A stretch of 64,000 nucleotides of DNA, taken from assembly GCA_038087875.1 (NCBI GenBank), contig CM075984.1, positions 9,672,001-9,736,000 on the forward strand. The letters run 5' to 3'. This document shows, piece by piece, positions 12,985-24,725 of this stretch (the stretch's first letter is position 1; each line of letters opens with the position of its first letter). The notes below the pieces were generated by a model. That model did no database searches. It was not told where the DNA came from and was given only the letters and a program-made list of their open reading frames with translations. This DNA comes from Malacoraja senta. Taxonomy: Eukaryota. Both the position numbers and the translations under genes were made by a program.

Positions 12985-13730
12985 TGGGCAAGCCGGCAGC
13001 CCTGTCAGCAGCGTGTTAGTTTTTTTCTACTTTTTTTTGTTTTTTTTAGTGTGTCTTAATGTGTGTTTTTAATGTCTCTCTGTGTGTCTTGTGCGGGGGA
13101 GTGAGGGGGAAACCGCTTTGGTCGCCTCCTCCACGGAGAGGCGACTGTTTCCATGTCGCCTCCCCCGTGGCCTAACATCGAGGATTGGGTGGCATTTCCT
13201 GGAGACGCGCCTGGGCCTTCAGCCGCGGGCGCAGCGTGGACTCTCGTCGCGGAGTGGGCGAGCCCTCGCCAGGGCTCGCCGGAGGGGAGCGCTCCGTTTC
13301 TCTGGCCCGCGGCAGCCGGCAGCCTGAAGTCGCGGTCTGCGGAGCTCCAGCTGGCGTGGCATCCACAGCCTGGGATCCCTTGTGAGGGACCTGGGAGGAG
13401 AAGAGCTCCGACCGCCGGCCCACGGCCAACTTCTACCGCGGGCCCGGCGGCGACTTACCATCAGAAGCGGGGTCCCTCGCCGGGGATCCCTGGAGGGGAG
13501 CCTCGACCGCCGGCCCTGCGGTCTGCGGTGCTTCTGGCTGCGGCGCGACGGGGACTGTAAATCTTCGACCGCCGGCTTGCGGTCTACACCAACCTGAAGC
13601 CACGGTCTCCGGTGGGGGAGGCACCGTTTTAGGACTTACCTTGACTTTCACTCATCTGGATGCCCGCAGCGATGGCTGCGGAGGGTTGAGGTCCCGACCA
13701 CGGGGGAAAATGGAGGAGGACTGGCCAAAT
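12985..13730 (+). mobile_element. GC-rich dispersed repeat (same family group as 9245-10007)
   Basis: Shared head (T-rich stretch, gggggaaac, cctaacatcg). The overlapping ORFs are GC-content artefacts. Confidence 0.55.
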
Positions 13731-14864
13731 TTATTTGCACTGCATTTTTACTTCAACCCAAACCCCCCAAACAATCATTTGCACTGCCTTTTTACTTCAA
13801 CCCAAACCCCTCCCCACACAAACATTTGCACTGCCTTTTTACTTCAACCCAAACCCCCCAAGCAACCATTTACACTGCCTTTTTACTTCAACCCAAACCC
13901 CCCAAACAACCATTTGCACTGCCTTTTTACTTCAACCCAAAAACCCCCCAAACAACCAATTGCAGTGCCTTTTTACTTCAAACCAACCCCCCCCCCAAAC
14001 AACCATTTGCACTGCCTTTTTACTTCAACCCAAAACCCCCCCAAACAACCATTTGCACTGCCTTTTTACTTCAACCCAAACCCCCCCAAACAACCATTTG
14101 CACTGCCTTTTTACTTCAACCCAAACCCCCCCAAACAACCATTTGCACTGCCTTTTTACTTCAACCCCAAAAAAACCAAACAACCATTTGCACTGCCTTT
14201 TTACTTCAACCCCCCCCCCCAAAAAAAAACAACCATTTGCACTGCCTTTTTACTTCAACCCAAAACCCCCCCAAACAACCATTTGCACTGCATTTTTACT
14301 TCAACCCAAACCCCCCAAACAATCATTTGCACTGCCTTTTTACTTCAACCCAAACCCCCCAAGCAACCATTTGCACTGCCTTTTTACTTCAACCCAAACC
14401 CCCCCAAACAACCATTTGCACTGCCTTTTTACTTCAACCCAAAAAAAACCCAAACAACCATTTGCAGTGCCTTTTTACTTCAAACCAACCATATTTTCAT
14501 TTTCAAACCACATTAAGGGCACTCACAGTTGAGGAGACGTGTGTTCAGTGTTATTCAGAGCTCAGAGAGACGTGAACCTCTCGCTTGCTCCATCTTGCAG
14601 AGACTGAGTGAGGCACACCACTTCCGGGTTTTATAGTCCCTCCTCCCTCCCACCAGCAGGGGCAGCAGAGAGAATGGCAACATTTTTAGAAACATTAATA
14701 TATCTCTGATTTTTCATCGATGGGAAAAATCCTCCAGTCCTGGCAGGCGGAGGGGGGCTCTGAGCGAGGTGGCCAAAAATGACGGCCGTAGGTGGCCGTG
14801 TTCTCTCGGAAATCACAGCACAGCGAGCCAAAAGCGGTCAAGATCAGACTTTTAGTAATATAGA
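13731..14864 (-). mobile_element. Non-autonomous Helitron-like element carrying a minisatellite
   Basis: Minus-strand terminus A|TCTATATTACTAAAAGTCTG at 14864, followed by ~370 bp unique body and then the tandem array. 3' end not visible. Confidence 0.6.
13732..14490. repeat. ~39-bp minisatellite, about 19 copies (AAACAACCATTTGCACTGCCTTTTTACTTCAACCCAAACCCCCC)
   Basis: Directly visible. It explains the three repetitive ORFs at 13641-14575. Confidence 0.95.
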
Positions 14865-15804
14865 TTACAAAGCTGTCCCACTCCAAAGCTTTGAGACAAG
14901 CTGAATATCCTTAGTCTTAGTCCTAGAGCCCTACCATTCACTGTGTACATCATGGCCTGGTTTAACTTCCCAAATGCATAATTTCCCTCTCTGAGCAGAA
15001 ATGTCTGATCACCGTCTTAAGGGGATGATTCCTTGCTCTGAACCGAATCTAGATAATCCCACAGGGAGAAGCATCTTTTTACTTCCGTCCCTGTCAATCC
15101 CTCTCAGAATGTATGTGCTTCAATAGATTACTTCTTGCAGTTGTGATGCAGATCTATAGAACTTTGGTTAGGCTCCATTTGGAGTATTGCGTGCAGTTCT
15201 GGATGCCCCATGACAAGAAATATGTGGAAGCTTTGGAGAGGGTGTAGAGGAGGTTTCCCAGAATGCTGCCTGGATTAGAGGGTTTCAGCTACAGGGAGAG
15301 GTTGGATAGACTGATTATTTTCTCTGGAACTGAGGTTGAGGGGAGACTTGACAGAAGTGTATAAAATTATGGGAGGCATAGATAGTGTAGACAGACAGAA
15401 CCTTTTCCCATGGTGGAAATATTCAGTTTGGCGCAAACATTGTGGGCTGAACCCTCTGTTCCTTTGTTGCACTGTTCTATGTTCTCCACAGAGTGTAGAC
15501 TAAATTTACTCAACCGCTTCTCATTCGACCACTGAACCTTTGTTGAACTCCTTCTAATGGAAGTATATCATTGCTTAATTATAGAGTCAGGAACTGTATC
15601 CAGTATGCTAAATATAGTCTCAGCTATGTCCTATAAAGTTACACCAAAATATATTTACTTTTATAGTATACAGCCTATAGTAAAGGTCAACATTCCAAAA
15701 GCCTTTTTAATTACTTGTTACATTGTGTTTCATACACCAGGACTCCTAGATCCTATCGTACTACAACAATCATAGTCTCCCTGCTTGTAACTAATTCTTT
15801 TTCG

Positions 15805-15840
15805 GGTCTGAAGAAGGGTCTCGACCCGAAACATCACCCA
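15805..15840 (+). ncRNA. Minimal hammerhead ribozyme motif in a Penelope pLTR
   Basis: CTGAAGA (15808-14) A GGGTC-TC-GACCC (helix II) GAAAC (15828-32) ATC, i.e. the CUGANGA/GAAA/NUH core. Sister copies on the minus strand at about 3455-3486, 8679-8710 and 26393-26423. Confidence 0.55.
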
Positions 15841-15989
15841 TTCCTTCTCTCCAGAAATGCTGTCGGTCCCGCTGAGTTACTCCAGTTTTTTGTGTCTATC
15901 TTTGGTTTAAACCAGCATCTGCAGATCCTTCCTACACAGTTATTTTTTAATTGTTCCTTCCAAAGTGAATCTCACTTTGAATGGTCTTA

Positions 15990-16450
15990 TGCCAAGGATC
16001 TCCATAGTCTTGGGCCAAGGATTTCCAGGAGTCAGCAGAGAAGTTGTACTTTCTTCAAGGAGACTTCCCTGTGTCCACCTGGTAACCTATTTCTGCATCG
16101 GAACTCAATATAGAGCATCAGCATCAGGAGTTGAGTGTTGGGCATGTGAATGAGTTGGCCTGCCCAGAGGAGCTGATTGAATGAAACTTCGACCTCTCCA
16201 TGCCAGTGTTGGCTTGGGAGAGGATGCTAGCTAGTTTGCTTATCTTGTCAGATGGGTTTTTCTGAGATAAAATTGGTGAAATGCTTCCAAGAACAAGTCA
16301 GTGATTATTTAAGCTCAGCCTCTGAATGTGCACATTACAACTGTCATTTTAGCTTGGCTGCTGAAGTTGGTGCAACCTACTGAAGTCCACTGAAGGTCGT
16401 TCATATCTCAGAAGCATTTAGGAGAGTTGGGCATCCCATGAGGTCCAAGC
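15990..16450 (-). mobile_element. Degenerate RTE-clade LINE fragment
   Basis: Minus-strand translation resembles QLxWAGH..MP..RLP..LY.E...G.R.PGG ... WESLAQD, with many stops. Confidence 0.55.
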
Positions 16451-16894
16451 CAGGTTTGAGACTTTTAGACTTTAGACTTTAAAAATATAGAGTGGAAACA
16501 GGCCCTTCGGCCAACTGAGTCCGCGACGACCCGCGATCACCCCATACACTATCACTATCCTACATACTAGGGACAATTTTACAACTTACCAGAGCACCTG
16601 AGAAAACCCACATGGTAACAGGGATAATGTACAAACTCTGTATAGACAGCACCTACAGTCAGGATGGAACCCAGGTCGCTAGTGCTGTAAGGCAGCAACT
16701 GTATCACTGCACCACTGTGCTGACCTTCATCCTATCTTCAAACAGCCTTTTCACTAGTCAACAAAACCCATGCTCCCAAGATATTGAACCTGATAGACAT
16801 TGTTTAGGGCATAATGGGAAACTATTCTTCCTCCACTATTCTTCACTCCTCCACAGTGGCGCCGCGTTAGAGTTGCTGCTTTACAAGTTGTGAG

Positions 16895-18667
16895 GTTATT
16901 GTCATGTGTCCCTGATAGGACAATGAAATTCTTGCTTTGCTTCAGCACAAAAGAACATAGAAGGCATTGACTACAAAACAGATCAGTGTGTCCATATACC
17001 ATTATATAAATATATACACACATGAATAAATAAACTGATGAAGTGCAAATAACACATAATGGGCTATTAATGTTCAGAGTTTTGTCCGAGCCAAGTTTAA
17101 TAGCCTGATGGCTGTGGGGAAGTAGCTATTCCTGAACCTGGTCGTAGCAGTCTTCAGGCTCCTGTACCTTCTACCTGAAGGTAGCAGGGAGATGAGTGTG
17201 TGGCCAGGATGGTGTGGGTCCTTGATGATGCTGCCAGCCTTTTTGAGGCAGCGACTGATAGATCCCCTCGATGGAAGGAAGGTCAGAGCCGATGATGGAC
17301 TGGGCAGTGTTTACTACTTTTTGTAGTCTTTTCCTCTCCAGGGCGCTCAAGTTGCCGAACTAAGCCACGATGCAACCGGTCAGCATGCTCTCTACTGTGC
17401 ACTCGTAGAAGTTAGAGAGAGTCCTCCTTGACAAACCGACTCTCCGTAATCTTCTCAGGAAGTAGAGGCGCTGATGTGCTTTCTTAATAATGGCATCAGT
17501 GTTCCCGGACCAGGAAAGATCTTCAGAGATGTGCACGCCCAGGAATTTGAAGCTCTTGACATTTTCAACCATCGACCCGTTGATATAAATGGGACAGTGG
17601 GTCCCCATCCTACTCCTTCCAAAGTCCACAATCAGTTCCTTGGTTTTGCTGGTGTTGAGGGCCAGGTTATTGTGCTGGCACCATATGGACAGTTGCTCGA
17701 TCTCTCTTCTATACTCAGACTCATCCCCATCAGTGATACGTCCCACAACAGTGGTGTCATCAGCGAACTTGATGGAGTTCGCACTATGACCGGCTACGCA
17801 GTCATGAGTATAGAGTGAGTACAGCATGGGGCTGAGCACGCAGCCTTGAGGTGCTCCCGTGCTGATTGTTATCGAGTCTGACACATTTCCACCAATCCGA
17901 ACAGACTGTGGTCTGTGAATGAGGAAGTCGAAGATCCAATTGCAGAGGGATGTGCAGAGACCCAGTTCTGCGAGTTTGGTAACCAGCTTGGAGGGGATGA
18001 TTGTATTAAATGCTGAGCTGTAATCAATGAATAACAGCCTGACATATGAGTTTTTGTTGTCCAAGTGGTCCAGGGTGGAGTGGAGGGCCAGCGAGATCGC
18101 ATCCACCGTTGATCTGTTGTGGCGGTAAGCGAACTGCAGTGGGTCCAGGTTTTTGTCGAGGTAGGAGTTGATTTGCGCCATGATCAACCTCTCAAAGTAC
18201 TTCATCACCACAGGCGTTAGTGCCACAGGTCGATAGTCATTGAGGCACGTCACCTTACTCTTCTTGGGCACTGGTATAATTGATGCCCTTTTGAAGCAGG
18301 TGGGAACCTCAGACCTCAGAAGTGAGAGGTTGAAAATGTCCGTAAAAACTCCAGCCAGTTGGTTTTTAGAACACGACCAGGTATACCATCAGGTCCAGGC
18401 ACTTTTCGAGGGTTCACCCCTCTGAAGGATTTCCTGACGTCGGCCTCTGAGACTGAGACTGAAATACCATCACAGCGAATGGGGGCTCGGGAAGGCACAT
18501 CGGTGTTCTCCCTATCAAAGCGTGCGTAAAACGCATTGAGCTCATCAGGAAGTGATGTTTCGCCGACATTCGAGCTGCCTCCTGATTTCGCCTTGTAGGA
18601 GGTGATTATATTCAGGCCCCGCCACAGCTGCTGAACATCTGTCTCTTCCTCCAGTTTGGAGCAGACG
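16895..18667 (-). mobile_element. Rex1/Babar-type LINE, 5'-truncated RT
   Basis: ORF 17360-18271 [43 protein letters not shown]; upstream frameshifted segment [11 protein letters not shown]. Confidence 0.92.
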
Positions 18668-19408
18668 TTTACAGCGCTTACAGCATCAGAGACCCGGGTT
18701 CAATCCCAACTATGGGTAACCACGTGGGTTTTTTCCGAGATCTTCAGTTTCCTCCTACACTCCAAAGATGTACAGGTTTGTACGTTAATTGGCTTGGTAT
18801 AAATTATCCCATGTATGTGTAGGATAGTGTTAATGTGCGGGGATCGCTGGTCCGTGCGGACTCGGTGGACCGAAGGGCCTGTTTCCACGCTGTATCTCTA
18901 AACTCAACTCAACTAAACTATTCTGCCACCACTTCAGAAGCAGGAATTTGCCAATCTCAGCAGTGAACTGAAGTACACAGATTTTACACGTATGCAAGCT
19001 GAGAGGCTGAGCTTCACGTCATCATCAACGTATCTACTGAAGTATATGGGGCAGTCTAGCAGAGACCCTCTGGCAGAGCCGCCTCTCAGAGGATGTGCGT
19101 TACACTCAACAATTGCAAAACAAAGAATACATAAGATAAGAAATGTGAGCACAAGAGACCAATCGGCCCCTCAAGACTGCTCTGCCATCCAATAAGAAAA
19201 TGTGTGATCCAAACTTCTCATCAATACCATTTTCTCTGCACTTCACTGTGTATGTGACGAATAAATCTGACTATTGACTATTCTCCTGACCTCCCCATCC
19301 CCCTTAATTTCCCCCCTGCCCCTGTGTACAAATCTGGCCTCTGACAAGTCCCACTGTGTGGTTGACTTGTAATTGGCCTCAAAATAACCTAGTGATTCTC
19401 TCTGTTGA

Positions 19409-19804
19409 NNNNNNNNNNNNNNNNNNNNNNNNNNNNNNNNNNNNNNNNNNNNNNNNNNNNNNNNNNNNNNNNNNNNNNNNNNNNNNNNNNNNNNNNNNNN
19501 NNNNNNNNNNNNNNNNNNNNNNNNNNNNNNNNNNNNNNNNNNNNNNNNNNNNNNNNNNNNNNNNNNNNNNNNNNNNNNNNNNNNNNNNNNNNNNNNNNNN
19601 NNNNNNNNNNNNNNNNNNNNNNNNNNNNNNNNNNNNNNNNNNNNNNNNNNNNNNNNNNNNNNNNNNNNNNNNNNNNNNNNNNNNNNNNNNNNNNNNNNNN
19701 NNNNNNNNNNNNNNNNNNNNNNNNNNNNNNNNNNNNNNNNNNNNNNNNNNNNNNNNNNNNNNNNNNNNNNNNNNNNNNNNNNNNNNNNNNNNNNNNNNNN
19801 NNNN
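19409..19804. other. Assembly gap (396 N)
   Basis: Run of N. Confidence 1.
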
Positions 19805-21423
19805 TGCTCCGGTTTGCGAGGTTTTTCTATTTGCGCAAAAGCGGTACGCGATAGCATTGCGATTTTTGTGCCCCCTTACTCACCATTCTCCTGTGCTGCG
19901 AGTGCAACAAGTTTCGTTCCGATCGATGGTATATTGTAATAGTTATCGAGGTTTAAAAAATCGTAAACATTGCACTTGTGCAGATTGCTGTGAGTTGCCG
20001 CCACGCAGATTGCTCTCCTCTCCTGTCACTCAGGAAGGGGCGTCGCCGGGAACATCGCCGCACTGATTGGCCACGTCCGTTGTCAATCGGCTGGAGGTCG
20101 CCATGGTGAAGGAGTACATGGTGGGGAGGGTGGTGCCGCGGGCCGAGCCCGAGGATTGGGACTGGGACTGGGACTGGGCCTGGGCTAGAGCCGTCGACCG
20201 AGCCCCGGGACTGGAGTCAAGGATGAGCCCGGGGACTGGGCGTGGGCTGGAGCCGTCGACCGAGCCCGGGGACTGGAGCCAAGGATGAGCCCGGGGACTG
20301 GGCCTGGGCTGGAGCCGTGGGCTGAGCCTGGGGACTGGGCCTGGGCTGGAACCAAGGACGAGCCTGGGGCTGGGGTCAGGGACGAGCCCGTAGATTGTCG
20401 GGGCCTGGACTGGACCGCAGGCGGTGGCCGAGCTGAGGGCTGGAGTCGTGCCCAAGCCCGGGGCCTGGTCAAGGTGTACCAGCACCTCGGGGGCCGCCCG
20501 GCCGCCGCCATCCTGCAGCACAGCCTTCGCTTCCTGCTCTGTGGGCAATTCTGGCTCAGCCGTCCACTGCCCTCACCCCGTCCCCGGCACAGAGAGCCCG
20601 GCTCCGTCGAGGCCCAGGTCTGCGAGCGCTTCGGGCGCCTACAGGCAGGGCCGGGCTGAGTACGAGAACCAGGCCGAGTTCCAGGCCCTGGTGCTGCTCT
20701 ATGACCTAGCTAGGTGCTGGATGGGGGTGAGGGAAGGAGGATGAGAGAAATGGGGAGGAGGAAGATGGGGTGGGAGAGGGATATGGGGTGGTAGAGGGAT
20801 ATGGGGGTGGGGTTGGGGGGCGGGCAGCGCCGAGCCCCACTGTCTACCCGCTGGTGAGGGACACCGCGGGTCCCGGGACAGGCAGCGCCTCAGCGGCTCC
20901 TGCCTGCGGGCGCGGACACCGGGAGGGGCCCTAACGCACCGTAGCGTTACACGGAGAGAGGGAACGCTGCAGCCCGGCCCACAGCACTGGGTGGGGGGGA
21001 GAGAAGACGGAGGGAGGGGGGAGAGAGTGATGAGGGAGGGAGCGGGGAGAGACTGATGAGGGAGGGAGGTGGTGAGAGGGATAAGGAGGGGAGGGGCGAG
21101 GGATGAGGGAGGGAGAGGGGAGAGAGGAATGAGGGAGGGAGGGAGGGAGGGGGGAAAGAGGGAGGGAGTGGGGTAGATGGGTAGTGGAGTGCAGGGAGAG
21201 GGGTAGATAGGCAAGGTGGGATTGAGGGGGAAGTAGAGGAAGAGGGACAGGGAGGGGTGGATTTGATGGGAGGGGGATAGGCATGAGTGGAAGGATATTG
21301 CATTGGGGGAATGGATTGCGTTGGGGAAACGGGTGAGTGGTGGAATATTGCGTTGGGGAACGGGTTGCGTTGGGGACCAGGCCTCCCGTGTGCCAGGGAC
21401 CCAACGGGTCCCACCTAGTCTAG
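19805..21423 (+). mobile_element. Helitron-like element (3' terminus present, 5' end hidden in the gap)
   Basis: Hairpin GGGACCC-AAC-GGGTCCC (21396-21412), then CTAG (21420-21423) and a flanking T. Subterminal TTGCGTTGGGGAA repeats. 19805-20030 resembles the body of the other Helitron-like elements here. Confidence 0.6.
20088..20713 (+). pseudogene. SAC3D1-like (SAC3/GANP domain) gene fragment, internally deleted and frameshifted
   Basis: Collinear motifs RLEV..VKEY, QHLGGRPAAAILQHSLRFLL, VEAQVCERFG and YENQAEFQALVLLYDL match the recalled SAC3D1 motifs HRLEV..AVKEY, LQAQVQEGFGSL and RQPAFQGLFLLYNL. The intervening conserved blocks are missing, the frames are broken, and a GACTGG-based minisatellite lies at 20155-20410. 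Confidence 0.7.
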
Positions 21424-21839
21424 TAAGTAACAAATTCCAAATTAATTAAGCATAAGTACTGATACATTGGACTGGACCGAGCTCTAATGTGGGCTGCATT
21501 TCAGTGAGAATCCATTGATGCCTGTCCTCTGATATAAATAATATTCAGTTTAATGTCTGGACAGTCTTACAAAAAGTATTTTTACTGAAATCTTTATGGA
21601 TTGCTTAATGTTACTAAACTAAATGCAGCAAAGAATGCAGAAAGAAAGAACATATGGTTATATTCCATCGTGCTGATGGATTACAGCAGTTTTGGAATGT
21701 ATTAGCTAGAGAATTGTGCAAATATTTCTACCGCTATCTATTTGAACCATAACATACCAGTGTAATTATGATTATATTTTTGCCAGTTACCAATTGGACC
21801 AAAGCAGAATTTCAACCTCAAACATACCTATTATCCTTA

Positions 21840-22169
21840 TTAACTTTGATTGCACATGCCCAAGTGACAGGCTTCACAGAAGTCACTTTCATGAGGTGTA
21901 GTCTTCCGATGCATCCGAACTCTTCCTTCTTCGACCAGATTGGGAACACGATAGCAGTTTTGAGGATTTTTAAAATAAGTCTGTCAAGCACTTGGTCCAT
22001 TTGTTCGGAATTAACCTGTGGTTTGTGCAGAGTGGGGTTATTGCATTCTCTGCATTGCTGCCGGAGGAGGCGAAGCAAAACTAATCCACTTTTCTTTCTC
22101 AGGCGGTAATGAAACACCATACTGGCACGGGCTGAAGACCACGAATTTGAACAGCGAGGACAGGTAAAT
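21840..22169 (-). CDS. RTP-family (receptor-transporting protein, zf-3CxxC) last coding exon, with a 1-nt frame break
   Basis: cttccaacag|A TTT ACC TGT: FTCPRCSNSWSSARASMVFHYRL..LLRQQCREC..LILKILK. After a -1 shift at about 21958-21973 it continues NCYRVPNLVEEGRVRMHRKTTPHESDFCEACHLGMCNQS*, with TAA at 21840-42. PH..FCEAC..G.C is the RTP signature. Confidence 0.88.
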
Positions 22170-23244
22170 CTGTTGGAAGTAAGGGCAGGGTAGTTAGTGT
22201 TGATGAAGAACATGTCATTTCATGCTTGAAATTTCCTCTCTCTGCTTCTGAGTGCATTTAGAACAGCTTTGTAAGGGCTCACATCAGTGCCACGTACACC
22301 ACAGCAGCAAGATGAAATCTGATGCCAGAAATTTGAAATCAAAGCAGAACATGTCAGAAACACTCGGCAGATCAGGCAGCATCTGTGAAGAGAAAAGCTG
22401 TTTTCAAACTGATAACATTTCATCAGTGATGCGTATTTCCAGCATTTTCTGCATATGCATGAATTTACACATGAACATGTGTAACCGATAAACATATACA
22501 TAACCGTAACTCATAAACATGTGAAAAAGGTAAGTGGATATGCCAGGCAATAATATTAATCATAGACCAACAACACAGTACTAGTTCTGCTATAACTGTA
22601 CCAGAAGCTGCTTATTCTTTAGAAGTCTCTGCTTGGTTCTGGAACCCACACCTGAGGGAGGATATATGGAGGTTAGTGGAAGTGCACATTGAGCAGCTTG
22701 AGTGGCTTTTTTTTACACTTCATCTGTTCGATAACGAGCCTTTTCTCACAGGATAGAATGATAAACTGAATGTGCAAGCACATGAATTTCAAGGGAATCA
22801 AACACAACATGAATGACCCTGACATGTCATGGAAATGAAAGACTATCACGTCCCAAAACAAAACTTAAACAGAAAGCTAAAGGATGTCATCAGAAAGAAG
22901 GGACATTCATTTAAAGGCTACCAACACAATTAGAGCTGGCACTGATCTTAAGGTGGCAAACAGCTGAGAGGAAGATACACTGATTGTCCTTGACAAGAAC
23001 TGGCCCCCAAGGGTGTCACGGTGGCGCAATGGTAGAGTTGCTGGCTTATAGCGCTGGAGACCCGGGTTCGATTCCGACTATGGGTGTTGTCTATATGGAG
23101 TTTGTACGTTCTCCCCATGACCGCGCGGCGTTTCTCTGAGATCTTTGCTTTCCTCCCACACTCCAAAGGCATACAGGTACATAGGTTAATTGTCCCTAGT
23201 GTGTTTACCTGTTTCCACACTGTATCAAACTATGACTCTATAAG

Positions 23245-24725
23245 ATATAGGAGCCGATTTAAGCCGTTCGAGTCATCATGTCTGCAATGCCATGCAATCA
23301 TGGCTGATCTATTTTTCCCTCGTCCCCTTTTTTCCCCATTCCCTTGCTCCCATTCGTCCCAATCTTTGATACCTTATTAATCATGAAGCTATCAACCTCC
23401 GCTTTAAAATACCCAATGTCAGCCTCCACAGCCACCTGTGGCAATTAATTCCACAGATTCACCACCCTCTGGGTGAAGAAATTCCTCATCTCCATTCTAA
23501 AGGTACATTCTTTTATTCTGGGGCTGTGTCCCCAGACTCTCCCACTACTGGAAACATCCTCTCCACATCCACTTTGTCTAGGCCTTACATTATTCAGTAG
23601 GTTTCAATGAGATCCCCACTCTCCCTCTCATCCTTCTGAACTCCAGTGTGTACAGACTAGAGCCATCAAATGCTCCTCACACGATAACCCAATAATTCCT
23701 AGAATCATTTTCACAAACCTCCTCTGGACCTTTTCTAATGCCAGCATATCCTTCCTCAGAAGTGGGGCTCATAACTGTTCACAATATTATAAAGCCTCAG
23801 CAGCACATCTTTGTTTTTATATTCTTGTCCTAATGAAAGGAATGCTAACATTGCTTTTGACTGATTTGACCTGGAAATTGCCCTTTTGAGATTCCTGATG
23901 CAGTACTCCCAGGTCCCTTTGCACCTTTGATTTCTGAATCCTTTTCCCATTTAGAAAGTAGTCTATGCGTTATTCCTACTATTATATTATTGGCCAGCTT
24001 AGCTTTATATTTCATCTTTTTTTTAACCTTGTTCTTTTTTTAGTTGCCTTCTCTTAGTTTTTAAAAGCTATCTAATCCTCTAGCTTCCTGGTCATCTTTA
24101 CCATGTTATATGCCTTCTTTTTTACTTGTATACTATCTTTCCTTTGTCAGCCAAGGTCTCCTCATTCTGCCCTTAGTATGTTTCTTTCTCTTAAGGATGA
24201 AAAGATCTGCGTCTTCCAAATGACTCCCAGAAACTCCTGCCATTGTTACTCACCCGTCTTTGCTGCTCGGGTCGCCTTCCAATCAACTTTAGACAACTCC
24301 TCCTTCATGCATCTGTAGTTACATTTACTCAATAGTAATACCGATACATCTGATTTCATTTCTCCTTCTCAAATGGCAGGTTAATTTTGATCATATATGA
24401 TCATAGCCTCTTCTGGATTCCTTGCCTTTAAACTCCCTAGTCAAATCTGATTAATTACACAACACAGAATTGCCTTTTCCCTAGTGGGCTCGACCATGAG
24501 TTTCTCTAAAAAAAAGGCATCTCGTAGGCATTCTGAAAATTCCTTCTCTTTGGGATCCAGTGCAGGTAGATTTTTCCAGTCTACCTGCATATTGAAAACC
24601 CCCATGACCACTGTAACATTGCCTTTCTTACATGCCTTTTCTATCTCCTGATGTAATTTGGACCCAATATCCTGGCTAGTATTCAGAGGCTCGAATATAA
24701 CTCCCATCATGGTCTTTTGGTCCTT
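23245..24725 (-). mobile_element. Degenerate CR1 LINE (endonuclease remnant to 3' end, internally deleted)
   Basis: ORF 24441-24767 VVMGVFN..DW..EFSECLRDAF..EPTREKAIL; RT-tail motifs nearer 23.3-23.9 kb. Confidence 0.75.

Noticed and set aside
13641-14575. Three 249-291 aa repetitive ORFs, or a CRISPR-like array
   Set aside because: Stop-free minisatellite; the units are contiguous with no unique spacers, and the context is eukaryotic.
18934-19152. Secreted peptide, or RT YVDD motif, on the minus strand
   Set aside because: No ATG-initiated start, no supporting RT motifs and no splice context.
19243-20066. Long ORFs through the N runs (also 58660-59253)
   Set aside because: Artefacts of assembly gaps.
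20088-20713. Functional SAC3D1 gene
   Set aside because: Multiple frame breaks, missing conserved blocks and no further exons found; kept as a pseudogenic fragment.
20699-21433. Pro/Ser-rich ORFs (also 31864-32685 and 33649-34389)
   Set aside because: Translations of purine/pyrimidine low-complexity DNA.
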